64,000 bases of DNA from Octopus vulgaris (taxonomy: Eukaryota): the NCBI GenBank assembly GCA_951406725.2, contig OX597822.1, forward strand, positions 75,268,001 through 75,332,000. The letters are read 5' to 3'. Of the stretch, positions 1 to 16,261 are shown in pieces (the stretch's first letter is position 1; every line of letters begins with the position of its first letter). The notes below the pieces were generated by a model. The model made no database searches. It was not told the DNA's origin and saw only the letters and a list, made by a program, of their open reading frames with translations. A program made the position numbers and the translations under genes.

Positions 1-156
1 CATCCCTTTGCCAAACCATATCGAGCCAGTGTGGTAGAGTGGGCTTATCAAACCAGTATGATCTGAAGCCGTTCTCTGGGGAAGAGAACTTGCTGAGGCC
101 GTCGTCCTGCAGTGGACTGAACATGAGCAGTCCAATCTAATTTAATCTAATCTAAT
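1..156 (+). mobile_element. 3' end of an RTE-like LINE with (AATCT)n tail
   Basis: Frame from ~65 reads EAVLWGRELAEAVVLQWT, resembling the RTE C-terminal EAxVxQWT motif; followed by aatctaatttaatctaatctaat. Confidence 0.5.
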
Positions 157-419
157 ACTCTTTGCTCGTAGTACATCTATAATTACCACAGCGGTCCCAG
201 TTACTGACACCTTGGTGTGGACGATAAACTTCACAGCAAAATAACATGATAAAAGTATATGTCTGGTTTATTATGATACATGATGTTATACATGTTACAG
301 GCAGGTATGTTTTAGAAAAATATTTCCGTAGTGTTATTTGCGCTGTGCCCACACTTTTGACGATAAAATTACACTCAAAACTTTCCAGCATAAAATTACA
401 ATTATCTACTCTCATCTTG

Positions 420-760
420 CATTCAACAGATCTTGTTTGTTGAAGTAATTGGTTTGTCGTAATATAATTTAGCTCTGGGTGAAATTCGTCCCAGCATAGT
501 TTTATTCTATCTATATACATCACAGGAGGTAGGGGTCCTTTTCGCCATTTTATAGCAATGAAACAAATGTTTATTGAATTCATAACTCCATGAAAATTGT
601 AATTTATGATTTCACTAACGTCTATAAACACACCTAATCAGATTCTGTTTACCTTTTATCGATGTTGTTTTTCTTTCGGTTTTCTCCGGTTTTGTTCGTG
701 TTCTAATGTCCAATCACGTTGTTCGTAGCCAATCTCTGCCTGTTGAATTCAAATCTGAAA
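420..760 (-). mobile_element. Degraded N-terminal fragment of a Dong/R4-like retrotransposon ORF
   Basis: ORF 152..631 contains YIDRIKLCWDEFHPELNYITTNQLLQQTRSV, resembling the YxxRxxxxWDExxP...L.DQ.R.I N-terminal motif of R4/Dong ORFs (motif recall only). Confidence 0.35.
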
Positions 761-948
761 CGAATGCTGATACAATGTTGAATGAAAGGTTTCTTTTGTG
801 GCTGTGATCAGAAGAATAAACCAGATATTTAACAAGGTTCAGAGTTCTGGCATTAATTCTCGAGATGCTATTATTCATCTCGGATACAATGAATTGTCTC
901 CCACGCTAAAGTATGGATCTGTTCACGCCGAATGCTTATGCTTGCACC

Positions 949-1330
949 ATGTATGTATGTATGTATGTATGTATGTATGTATGTATGTATGTATGTATGT
1001 ATGTATGTATGTATGTATGTATGTGTGTGTGTGTGTATGTGTGTATGTGTGTATGTGTGTTTGTGTGTATGTGTGTATGTATGTATGTATACACATACAC
1101 ACGTGTGTGTGTGTATGAATATATATATATATGTATATCTGTCTCTTCCTCTCTCCCCCTCTCTCTACTCCTCTCTCTCCCTCTCTCTACTCCCTCTCTC
1201 TCTATATATCACCTCTTCCTCTCTCTATATATATTGCCCCTTCCTCTCCTTCTCTTTCTTTTTCTCTGTCTTTTCCTCTTTTTCTCCTCTCTCTCTTTCT
1301 GTTCCCCCCTCTCCCCTCCTCTCTCTCTCA
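949..1330. repeat. (TATG)n/(TG)n/(TA)n/(CT)n compound microsatellite
   Basis: Directly visible. Confidence 0.95.
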
Positions 1331-1351
1331 TATTTGTTGTTATATGAAGCG

Positions 1352-1571
1352 AAGCGGTGAGCTGACAGAATCGTCAGTATGTCGTACAAAATGCTTAGCA
1401 GCTTTTCGTTCGTCTTCACGTTCTGAGTTCAAATTCCGCCGAGGTCGACTTTGATCTTCCTGCTTTCGGTGTTGGTAAAATAAGTACCAGTTAAGCACTG
1501 GGGTCGATGTAATCTACTCAATCCACGCCACCAAAATTTCCGGCCTTGGAGCAAAACTGGAAATCAATATT
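1352..1571 (+). mobile_element. tRNA-derived SINE, family A
   Basis: Head with B box gagttcaaattcc, central gtcgacttt...taaaataagtaccag (Meta-domain-like), tail ...gaaatcaatatt; many copies in the window. Confidence 0.85.
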
Positions 1572-1779
1572 TCTACTAAAGGCACAAAGCCAGCAAGGTT
1601 GGGGGAGGGATGAAGTCGATTACATCGACCCCAGTTTTTCACTGGTACTTAATTTACCGACCCCGAAAAGATGGATGGCGAAGCCAACCTGCGCGGAATT
1701 TGAACTCACAACGTAAAGACAGATGAAATATCGCAAAGCATTACGTCTACCGTTCTAACAATTCTGCCAGCTCGCCGCT
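1572..1779 (-). mobile_element. SINE family A, tail-to-tail with the previous copy
   Basis: Reverse complement of family A, ending ...ctgccagctcgccgc. Confidence 0.85.
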
Positions 1780-2256
1780 CTATGTTAAGTTATAATAAAA
1801 ACAACATTACTTTAAAATGTAGGATGACTCAGTATACTTTGTAGTGTACGAGTTTTTTTTATTCTTTTACAAAAATGATATTGACACTGACTTCGAAGTG
1901 TTAGCCAGCTAATACATCATCGGATGGTGGTGCATTTGAGTTTGTATTGGATATATATAGTGAAAATTTTCTGAGATAGGCATAGCTCTGCTGAGTGATA
2001 ATTAGGTTGTACGGTAGATTGTGTTGGAGAAAATTTTAATTACTCAAATGCAGAATAGTTATTGTTCAAAATTCAATTGACGCATGTAGAACTTTGTAAT
2101 CAAGTGTGTCTATTTAGGTGTGTCAGGTTCAGGTCATGCTGTTGTAAGTTGCGGAGAGATTTGTTGGTTGGTAGATGTGGTTTAGTTGTTATTGGTTTTA
2201 TTTGCATACAAAGACATTGAGCATGCTTCGGTAAGCTTATGGCGACGAGGCAACGT

Positions 2257-4812
<2,556 letters not shown>

Positions 4813-4820
4813 ACTTGCTC

Positions 4821-5203
4821 AGGTGCAGGCGTGGCTTTGTGATACACTTCATTCCCAACCACACGGTCCTGGGTTCAGTTTCACTACGCTCCACCTTGGG
4901 CAAATGTCGTCTGCTAGATCCTCGGACCGACCAAAGCCTTGGCAGACGGAAACTGAAAGAAGCCCTTCGTATATCTGTACGTATATATTTACGTGCTTGT
5001 GTCTTTGTATCTGTGTTTGTCACCGCCGCCCCACCACCCTTGCTTGAGGACCGATGTTGGTGTGTTTATGTCCACGCAACTTAGCGGTTCTGCAAAAGCC
5101 ACCGATAGAATAAGTACCAAGCTTACAAAGAATAAGTGCTGGAGTCGATTTCTTCGACTAAAGGCTGTGTTCCAGCATGGCCGCAAATTATGGAATAAAA
5201 TAA
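4821..5203 (+). mobile_element. tRNA-derived SINE, family B (CORE-like), near full length
   Basis: Head gcaggcgtggc...gggttcagt, ccttgggcaa core-like motif, tail ccagcatggccgca; many copies in the window. Confidence 0.85.
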
Positions 5204-5246
5204 CAATATATATGTATATACATATGTGTGTGTATGTATGTGTGTG

Positions 5247-5300
<54 letters not shown>

Positions 5301-5482
5301 CATATGTATACATACATATGTATACATACAAGTATATGTATATATATGTGTGTGTATGTATGTGTGTGTATGTATGTGTGTGTATGTATGTATATATATA
5401 CTTACAAATACATTATATATATACACATACATATCCATAATAATGTAATATATACATTTATGTATATCTATCTATCTATCTA

Positions 5483-5513
<31 letters not shown>

Positions 5514-5534
5514 GACTGTCTGTCTGTTTGTTTG

Positions 5535-5578
<44 letters not shown>

Positions 5579-5579
5579 A

Positions 5580-5906
5580 CATGTGACTTCATTGACCGAG
5601 GTTACCGTGGTCTTTTCCGTAGGCTTTTCTTTCCACGGGTAAACCTCACCTGTCCTCCCCTTTACACTTCATATTGACATTTCTGTGATAACGATCCCTA
5701 TTGATCAATTTTTTTTCCTCTCTCCCTTTTTTTTTAACCCCCCCTTTTTTTTGTCCTCTTTCTCTCCTTTTACGATCCCTTTTGATCGACCCCCCATTTT
5801 TTATTTTTTATTTTTTATTTTTTAATTTTTTTTACCTTCAAAAGAAAAGCTCTACCTTGTAATTTGTTCTATCTGTGTGCAGCCCTGTGTGGCTAATAAA
5901 GAAACA
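5580..5906 (+). mobile_element. 3' UTR of a Tx1/L1-like LINE inserted in (TATC)n
   Basis: Homologous to 45410-45641 (gaggttaccgtgg...ccacgggtaaacctc hairpin, acgatccct.ttgatc, gccctgtgtggctaataaagaaa); flanked by (TATC)n. Confidence 0.75.
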
Positions 5907-5985
<79 letters not shown>

Positions 5986-5990
5986 ATATC

Positions 5991-6104
<114 letters not shown>

Positions 6105-6105
6105 C

Positions 6106-6151
<46 letters not shown>

Positions 6152-6729
6152 CATCTCTCTCTCTCTCTCTCTTTCTCTATCTATCTATCTATGTCTCTCT
6201 CTCTCTCTCTCTCTCTCTAATTCCCTCCTGTCTCTGCCCTCTCTTTTCTCTTACTCTCTCACCCCCTTCTCCTTCTCTTTCTCTCTCTCACTGTAAAGAT
6301 AATCAGACACGTACATATTAATACACATATCAGGATTTCTTCACGAAAAGGTGATGCTGAAAGGTGCACTACGGCAAGTAGTGCAACAACAACGGCAGGC
6401 ACAGCAGCACCAGCAGCAGTCGCCACAGTAGCAGCAGCAGCAGCGGAAGCAACAGCAATAAAACAACAGGAGCAACATCAGCAACAATTAACAAATGTGT
6501 GCGTGGTCGCTGGATTTGTCAGAAAGAACAGCTTAATCTACCTCAACTCCTGTTTTACTGTCTTAAAATTAATAGTAAAGAAAAGCTGGCATAAAGAATG
6601 TTTTAGAAACACGGGATGGGCGCGGTTGGAATGTGCGCGATCAGGGCTGAATTTCTGGATAAATGAGAATAATAGTAAGAACAAGGTGAAAAAAAGAAAG
6701 AAAGGCAAAAAAACAATGAAAAGACGTTA

Positions 6730-6968
6730 TTGGTGGTGGTGGTGGTGGTGATGATGATGTTTATGATGACGATGATGATGACGACGATGATGATGGTAAT
6801 TATGATGATAATGATAACAATGGTGCTGGAGATGATGTTGATGGTGTTGACGACGATAAAGACAATGATGATGATGATGATGACGACGCTGGAGATGATG
6901 TTGATGGTGTTGACGACGATAAAGACAATGATGATGATGATGATGACGACGACGACGACGACGACGAC

Positions 6969-7026
<58 letters not shown>

Positions 7027-7868
7027 GTGATGATGATAATGATAAAGAAGATAGATGCAGGGCGAGAATTCAGTTAATGGCAATAGTGGTGTTTTGAAGA
7101 AGAAGAAGAAGAAGAAGAAGAAGAAGAAGAAGAAGAAGAAGAAGAAGAAGAAAGATGAAGAAGAAGAAAAAGAAAAGGAAGAAAAAGATGTAGTAGTAGT
7201 TGTAGAAGAAGAAGGAGGAGGAGGAGGAGGAGAAGAAGAAGAAGAAGAAGAAGAAGAAGAAGAAGAAGAAGAAGAAGAAGAAGAAGAAGAAGAAGAAGGA
7301 GAAGAAGAAGGTAATGAAGGAGAGGGAAAACAAGAAGAATGGAAGAAGAAGAAGATGAAAGAGATGGCGAAGTTTAAGAGATGGAGAAAAACAGAAAGAG
7401 AAAAAGGCGGAGGGTGAGGAGAAAGAGAAGTAGAAAGAGGAGGGAAATGAGGAAGAAAAGAATGAAAAAACAAGGGGAAAGTAGAAAGAAAATCAAAAGA
7501 GAAAAAGAACGTTGATAGTGACAAGAAGAAGAGGAAAAAGAAGATTAGAGGAAGTTAGTAGTGCACAAGAAAGAAAAGGAAGACAATAAGAGGAGGGGGA
7601 AGAAAGGAGGAAGGGGTGGAGATGGCTGGGGCTTTATTGGGTAAAGTAAGGAAGAAGAAGAAGAAGAAGAAGAAGAAGAGAGGGGAAGAAAAAGAAGTAG
7701 AAGAGATTTTATTTTTGCATAATTTGTATTGTTTTAACAAGAACAACAACAGGAACAAAAGTAAAAGAAAAACAAACAAAACAAAAAAACAATAGCTACA
7801 GTGCAGCCACCTCACAACAAGAACAAAAACAAGAACAAGAACAAGAGCAAGAACAAGAACTACTACTA

Positions 7869-7932
<64 letters not shown>

Positions 7933-7933
7933 C

Positions 7934-7974
<41 letters not shown>

Positions 7975-8290
7975 AACCATGACAGCGACGACGATGATGG
8001 CTGCCTCCTCCCCTCCCCCACCTTGACTGCAACATCAGCACAAAAATGATATCATCACCATCAACTTCATCATCATCTTCAGCAGCAGCACCACCACCAC
8101 CGCCACCACCAGCACCACCACCATCATCATTGTCGTCGTCGTCGTAGAGTATACAATAGGAGTGGAATCCAAAATATTGCCAGTAACAGTAAACGTGAAT
8201 AGATTCATAAAAGACGAGTGTTTTGCATAATTTAAAACAACAACAACAACGACGACGACGACAGCAGCAACAACAACAGTAGCAACAACG
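6730..8290. repeat. Trinucleotide field (GAT)n,(GAC)n,(AAG)n,(GGA)n,(CTA)n,(CCA)n,(CAA)n with a ~60-bp internal tandem duplication at ~6825-6945
   Basis: Directly visible. Confidence 0.9.
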
Positions 8291-8294
8291 TTAA

Positions 8295-8530
8295 CAAACC
8301 AACACCGGTTGTCAAGTGGTGAAAGGGAACCAACACAAACATAAAGACAAATACACACACACATACGTGCATATATATGCACATGAAGGACTTCAACGCA
8401 GTTTCTGTCTACGAAAATCTCTCACAAGGCACTGGTCGGCTCGGGGTTATAATAAAAGACGCTCAAGGTGCTACGCAGTGGGATTGAACCCGAAACTGCG
8501 TGGCTGCGAAGTGAGCTTCTCAACAACACA
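8295..8530 (-). mobile_element. SINE family B, degraded partial copy
   Basis: caacaccggttgtcaag...cgcagtgggattgaaccc matches family B reverse. Confidence 0.7.
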
Positions 8531-8887
8531 CACACGCCGGTATATTGTTGCTATTGCATGTGTCGTTGCTAACATTTATTGCCCTTGTCTTAATCACTAT
8601 TCTTGTCGAGGCGATTATTGTTGCTATTACTACTGTTGCTAACTTCCTCCCGTTGCTATTGTAGCTGTTACTGCTATTGAATTTCCCGTTGCTATTGTCA
8701 CTGTTTTATCTAATACTGTTGTATCTATTGTCAATGTTGCTATTTTATTTAATACTGTTAATATTGTTGTTTGTCATTGTCTACCTTGTTGCTATTTCCA
8801 CTGTTTGTGTTGATATTGTGGCAATTGTCAAAATTGTTGCTATTTCATGTAACGACTGACACTATTTTATTTAACGCCACTAATATT

Positions 8888-9453
8888 CTTTTCTACTCTC
8901 GGCACAAGGCCCGAAATTTTTGAGGAGGAGGCCAGTCGATTAGATCGACCCCAGTACGAAACAGTTACTTAATTTATGTACCCCGAAAGGATGAAAGGCA
9001 AAGTCGACCTTGGCGGAATTTGAACTCAGAACGTAACGGTAGACGAAATACATATTTCTTTACTACCCACAAGGAGCTAAACACAGAGAGTACAAACAAG
9101 GACAGACAAAGGGATTAAGTCGATTATATCGACCCCAGTGCGTAACTGGTACTTATTTAATCGACCCCGAAAGGATGAAAGGCAAAGTCGACCTCGGCGG
9201 AATTTAACTCAGAACGTAGCCGCAGACGAAATACCTATTTCTTTACTACCCACAAGGGGCTAAACAAGGACAGACAAACGGATTAAGTCGATTACATCGA
9301 CCCCAGTGTGTAACTGGTACTTAATTTATCGATCCCGAAAGGATGAAAGGCAAAGTCGACCTCGGCGGAATTTGAACTCACAATGTAACGGCAGACGAAA
9401 TACAGCTACGCATTTCGCCCGGCGTGCTAACGTTTCTGCTAGCTCGCCGCCTT
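8888..9453 (-). mobile_element. SINE family A trimer with 12-bp TSD
   Basis: Three tandem bodies with one full head; gccactaatatt at 8876-8887 and 9459-9470. Confidence 0.9.
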
Positions 9454-9830
9454 ATAGTGCCACTAATATTGCTACGGTTTCGCGGTTGTTGTTGCCATTG
9501 CTTTTGTTGTTAGTAATGTTGTTGCAGAAGTATTTATTATCACTATTGTCCCTATTGTCGGTGTTGTCTTTGTCGTTGCTATTAATATTGTTGTTGTTAT
9601 TACTGTTGCTGTTAATATTGGCGTTGCTATTGTTTTTTCCGTTGATCTTTTCATTGCAGTCACCATTGTCACTATAAAATTTCTATTATCATTACTCCTA
9701 TCTATGCTGTTGCTATTTTCGTGGTTGCTGATGATACCAATAGTGTTTTCTTTGTTGGTGCAATTAACTTCGTTGTTGCCATTGTCCTTCCTTGCTGTTA
9801 TTGTTTCTGTTGTTGCTATCGCCACCCTTA

Positions 9831-10130
9831 TAACTTTTGCCTTCGTGGTCCCTAGTTATATTTGTTGTTGCTAACGCCTTTGCTGTTGCCTCCACCTTAA
9901 TCATTGCTAGTATCTTCATTGCTGCTAGAACCTTCGTGACCGCTGGTGTTTTCGTTGTTGCTAGTGTCTTTATTGTTGCTAACTTTTGCCTTTGTGGTCG
10001 CAAGTGTATTTGTTGTTGCTTCCACTTTAATCACTGCTAGTATCTTCATCGTTGCTATAGCCTTCATTACTGCTTGTGTCTTCGCAGTTGCTAGCGTTTT
10101 CATTATTGCTAGTGTCTTTCTCGTTGCTAT
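9831..10130. repeat. Degenerate 18-bp minisatellite with a ~150-bp higher-order duplication
   Basis: Unit ~gttgctagtgtcttcatt; taacttttgcctt.gtggtc at 9831 and 9980. Confidence 0.7.
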
Positions 10131-10311
10131 TATTTATGTTGCAGCCATTATCTTTGTTGCTGTTGTTGCCGTTGTCTTTGCGACTATTCTTGTTGTTGCT
10201 ATTGTTTGTGTCTCATTATTCATTTGTTTTGTGTTGCTGTTGATGCTGCTGTTGCAGCTACAGATATTGCAATGAACGTCCCAGGTTTTTAATGTCCATT
10301 TCGTTGTTTTA

Positions 10312-10537
10312 GTACTCTTTACTTTTTTACTCTTTTACTTGTTTCAGTCATTTGACTGCGGCCACGCTGGAGCACCGCCCTTAGTCGAATCAAATCCACC
10401 TCAGGACTTATTCTTTGTAAAGCCTAGTACTTATTCTATCGGTCTCTTTTGCTGAACCGCTAGGTTACGGAAACGTCAATACACCTGCCACGGTTGTCAA
10501 GCGATGTTGGGGGGACAAACACAAACATATACACACT

Positions 10538-10583
<46 letters not shown>

Positions 10584-10765
10584 TATATATATTTACATAT
10601 ATACGTCGGGCTTCTTTCAGTTTTCGTCTACCATATCTACTCACAAGGCTTTGGTCGGCCCGAGGCTATAGCCCAGACACTTGCCCAAGATGCCACGCAG
10701 TGGGACTGAACCTGGAACCATGTGGTTGGTAAGCAAGCTACTTACCACACAACCACTCCTGCACC
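10312..10765 (-). mobile_element. SINE family B, full length
   Basis: Complete reverse match including internal (CA)n. Confidence 0.9.
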
Positions 10766-11030
10766 TTTTTTTCCTGCTGTTCTTTTTCCTGTTTTGTTTA
10801 CATTGTTCACGTTGTTATTGTATTTGTTGCTGTTATTGCTGTTACTACAGCATTTGTAATTCCTTCTGTCGCTGTTGTTTTGGTGGTTAAATATTGCTGT
10901 AAATATCTTGTTGCATTGTTGTTGTTCTACTCTTGCTGTTGTGGTCGTAGCGATTTAATATTGTTGTTGTTATTGTAAATATCGTAGTTGTTGTAGTTGG
11001 TAGTTTCTGCTTTTGTTGTTGTTACTGTTG

Positions 11031-11595
11031 TCTTCTTCTTCTTCTTCTTCTTCTTCTTCTTCTTCTTCTTCTTCTTCTTCTTCTTCTTCTTCTTCTTCTT
11101 CTTCTTCTTCTTCTTCCAACCAGGACTCACGCCATTAGCCACAAAGAATAGTCTCTAATTCGAGCCTACTCTAAGCTACCAAGAATGTGTGTGGTAATTT
11201 GAAGATCCACCCACCACACGCGATAGACTAGCGGTTACACGGGCGCGAAAGCTACGTTGTTATCCTCATTCCGTAAACAGTGGCTTTTAACGGGTGGAGA
11301 GCTGAACCATCCTGGGGTACGGAGGATTCGCAATCTAGACTAGGGCCGGAAAGCTTACCACACCATAGTGGGTTACACCATGGTTCCTCTGCTTTGTGGC
11401 AGAAGTAGGAAGAAAGAGTGAGAGGAAGTTGTGGCGAAAGAGTACAGCGGGGTTCACCACCCCTCTCCGCCGGAGCCTCGTGGCGCTTAGGTGTTTTTGC
11501 TCTATAAACACTCACAATGCCCGGTCTGGGAATCGAAACAGCGTTCTTACGACCGCGAGTCCGCTGCCCTAACCACTGGGCCATTGCGCCCCCAC
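11031..11595 (-). mobile_element. tRNA-derived SINE family C head with tail type 1 and (GAA)n end
   Basis: Head ggcgcaatggcccagtggttagggcagcggactcgcggtcg...gtttcgattccc; unique 3' half ending in (AAG)n. Confidence 0.8.
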
Positions 11596-11727
11596 TACTG
11601 TCGTTGTTGTTGCTGTTGTGGTGGTGGTAGTGGTTCCTATAGTCGCCGCTATAGATATTGTTATAGTTTTGGCTGTGGCGTTATAACAGCTGTTGTCGCT
11701 GTTCCTTACTGCTATCGTTGTGGACAC

Positions 11728-12100
11728 AGCATGGTCAATTGGTTAGAAAATTCGCTTTGAAATGACGAAGTCCTGAGTTCGATCTCACTACAAGGCATCT
11801 CGGACACGTGTCTTTTACTCTAATATCCGCTCGAATCAGGACTTGTGAGTGAATCTCAGTTGATAGAAACTCTGTGGAAGCCCATGGGATGGGGCTTGTT
11901 CTTGTAATTCAAAGGTCCAGCAGCCTTGTCACAAACTGTGTCATGCTAAACTTGACTGAAGATTACGTTAACGAAGCATGTAACTGGAATATTCAACCAT
12001 TCTCATTCCAGTTCGGTGAGCTAATGGGAAATCCATTTCCTGTTTCTTAGCACTAAGTCAATCCTGATCAAAGACGTTCCACTGACGACCATCCCGATAA
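11728..12100 (+). mobile_element. Old SINE with family B-like head and family C type-2-like tail
   Basis: gagttcgatctcact head; aattcaaagg.ccagccttgtcaca...tacgttaa segment shared with 13060-13125. Confidence 0.55.
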
Positions 12101-12150
12101 TATTTTAACTGTATGTAGTGTCATGTTATTCAATATTACCTTTTTCTTTT

Positions 12151-12527
12151 AAAGGCGGCGAGCTGACAGAAACGTTAGCACGCCGGGCGAAATGCTTAGC
12201 GGTATTTCGTCTGCTGTTACGTTCTGAGTTCAAATTCCGCCGAGGTCGACTTTGCCTTTCATCCTTTCGGTGTCAATTAAATAAGTACCAGTTACGCACT
12301 GGGGTCGATATAATCGACTTAATCCATTTGTCTGCCATTGTTTGTCCCCTCTGTTTAGCCCCTTGTGGGTAGTAAAGAAATAGGTATTTCGTCTGCTTTT
12401 ACATTCTGAGTTCATATACGCTCAAGGGGTCGATAAATTAAGTACCAGTTGCGTACTGGGGTCGATCAAATCGACTGGCCCCCTTCCCCCAAATTTCGGG
12501 CCGTGTGCCTAGAGTACAAAAGAATAT
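12151..12527 (+). mobile_element. SINE family A dimer
   Basis: Head-body-tail1, then truncated body-tail2. Confidence 0.9.
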
Positions 12528-12879
12528 TACAATTTTAAAAATAATCAAACACAAAGGTATTATAGCCATAACAATTTCGAAATATTTCTAGCGGTAAACA
12601 GGGTCATAGGGCATTCCAGCCATGACTATCCTGAATTTTTCTTAGCAATATGTATGGTTACATCAGTCAGTGTTTAGTTTCTTACGGCCAAAGGCTTTTC
12701 AACCACGATTATCCCTGAAATATTTTACTACATGTAAGAGTCAGATTGTTCGATGTTTCGTTTCTTCATTAAAAAAAAGAATAGAACACCATTTGAGAAG
12801 GATATAGTTGCTATTTCTAACAGTTCGAACGACCATGCAGAGGTTACTTCTTTGTTAGTTTAACTTTTACTATTGCAGA

Positions 12880-13241
12880 GGTGGAGGCGCAATGGCCCAG
12901 TGGTTAGGGCAGCGGACTCGCGGTCGTAGGATCTCGGTTTCGATTCCCAGACCGGGCGTTGTGAGTGTTTATTGAGCGAAAACACCTAAAGCTGATCCCT
13001 GCTGTACTCTTTCACCACAACTTTCTCTCACTCTTACTTCCTGTTTCTGTTGTACCTGTATTTCAAAGGGTCGGCCTTGTCACTCTCTGTGTCACGCTGA
13101 ATATCCCCGAGAACTACGTTAAGGGTAAGGTGTCTGTGGAGTGCTCAGCCACTTACACGTTAATTTCACGAGCAGGCTGTTTCGTTGATCGGATCAACCG
13201 GAACCCTCGTCGTCGTAACCGACGGAGTGCTTCCCCACCCC
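12880..13241 (+). mobile_element. SINE family C with tail type 2 and TSD
   Basis: A/B boxes present; actattgcagag at 12869-12880 and 13242-13253. Confidence 0.9.
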
Positions 13242-13719
13242 ACTATTGCAGAGCTGTAATGTGTTTTTATTGTCAGTGCAACGAGATAGGGCAAGCGGAA
13301 ACAATGTAGTATAAAAGAGATAGTTCTATCTTTCGTGTGTGAAGGCTAAATAATCCTGTTTTCGAATATACTTTTCGGAGAAACCGCTTAGAATTTTAGA
13401 ACCGTGTATTTGTCAAGCTCCCTTTGTTATATATATATATATATATCATACATACATAAATAAATACATACATACACTAATACATATATTTATGCAAGAA
13501 GAAGATGTAATAAACAAGTTTTAATTACGAATTAAAACGTTTGTTTTCGTGCAGTGGTAACAGCTGCAAGTTGCCGAGTTTTCCTTCTCATACGGTTACA
13601 TAAATTATTTTGGAAATTATTACATAAATAAATACGATCCTGCAGCAGCTGTGTGACAGTAGTTTCTCAGGTAGGTTGCTTCACATACACATACATACAT
13701 GTACATATATGAGTATGTA

Positions 13720-14500
<781 letters not shown>

Positions 14501-14519
14501 AATGTATATACAAAGCCTG

Positions 14520-14588
14520 TCCCACTGATGAAACTGGCCTTCAGCGAATATTTTCCTGCTGGAAATAGTTAGAAACCATAGTCTGGGA
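14520..14588 (+). ncRNA. Type I hammerhead ribozyme in Penelope-like terminal repeat (repeat extends to ~14800)
   Basis: tccca-CTGATGA-aact...cagc/gctg...agtt-a-GAAAC-cata-GTC-tggga; helix I tccca/tggga is perfect. Confidence 0.75.
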
Positions 14589-14806
14589 ACTAGTTGAGAT
14601 GGTAAATGTTTTTAATTTTCATTCCTTTCGAGAATTTATCCTTATTTGGTGGTTTGAGTTTTCTACTGCTCTTTCTAGCACAAGGCTTTCCTATTTGGAA
14701 GCCTCTTATTGTATTTCTATGTGAATAGTATATAGTCTAATGACTAATTCGTTTTTTGCGCTAGGCCATTGGTAATAATAATTTCTTATTACCCTATTGT
14801 TATATA

Positions 14807-14872
<66 letters not shown>

Positions 14873-14982
14873 GTAGAGGGAGTATATCCAAACTTAGAGG
14901 TAAAAAATAGATTTAGGATTAAATCAAATTTCACAGTATAAATATAAATTAAATTAGTTGCCTAATAGTGGTTTTATCTCTA

Positions 14983-15098
<116 letters not shown>

Positions 15099-15565
15099 TA
15101 TATAAGTAGATACTTGAATATATACAAACGTAATCTCTCCCTTTCTCTCTCTCTTTCACTCTCTCACTTTTTATATACACACCCACACACACAAACATGC
15201 ACACACACACATACACGCATACACATATGGTTATTTAGCAGTATTAACATGTCATCTGTAATGACCGCAAACATGTTTAATGTACTTAAATATATGGAAA
15301 AATGACAGAAATAACATAGTTAAAATATAGAAAATTACTTCTATTTTTAAATGTAGATGAAATGTGATTCTTTCAATAAACTGTTGTTTTTACCTGTTAT
15401 GCTATACTGAGCTCTCATTTTCTTGTTTCAAAAGTCTGCCCAATACACACGTATATACGAATAAAAAAAACAGAATTGTATGGAAAGATGGACTTTTTGT
15501 GATTTACTTTGAAAGTTAAATAATTGTTACATATCCAGTAACGATGTGCTATGCATGTATGTATG

Positions 15566-15881
15566 TAATTGTTTAGTCTTATTTCAAGATTTCTTGCTAA
15601 TACAGAAAGAGCCGGTTACTAACCTAGATCCAAGATTCCTTCATTGGAATTTCAATATCACGTATGTATACGTGCAGATTTGTGTGTATGTATGTATGTA
15701 TGTATGTATGTATGTATGTATGTATGTATGTATGTATGTATGTATGTATGTATGTATGTTTGCATGTATGTATATATTTGTTCAGTTTTATTTCAAGATT
15801 TCTTGCCAACAAAGAGCCGGTTTCTAACCTAGATCCAAGGCGTCTTCATTGGAATTTCAACATCAACAACAGGGTATTTTT
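15566..15881 (-). mobile_element. Two tandem 3' UTR fragments of the (CATA)n-associated REL element
   Basis: Copies at 15566-15680 and 15778-15881 separated by (TATG)n. Confidence 0.75.
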
Positions 15882-16033
15882 GTATGTATGTATGTATGTA
15901 TGTATGTATGTATGTATGTATGTATGTATGCATGTATGTATGCATGTATGTATGTATGGATCACTCTCCCTCCCTCTGTCTCTTTCTCTCTCTTTCTATC
16001 AATCTCTCTGTATATCAGTCTGTCTGTCTGTCA

Positions 16034-16165
<132 letters not shown>

Positions 16166-16173
16166 GTCCATGC

Positions 16174-16261
<88 letters not shown>

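Noticed and set aside
1800-2258. Possible LINE 5' or Cys-rich fragment on the minus strand
   Set aside because: No motif could be read convincingly.
8888-9453. Regularly spaced repeats resembling a CRISPR array
   Set aside because: These are SINE multimers with repeated, not unique, spacers; eukaryotic context and no cas genes.
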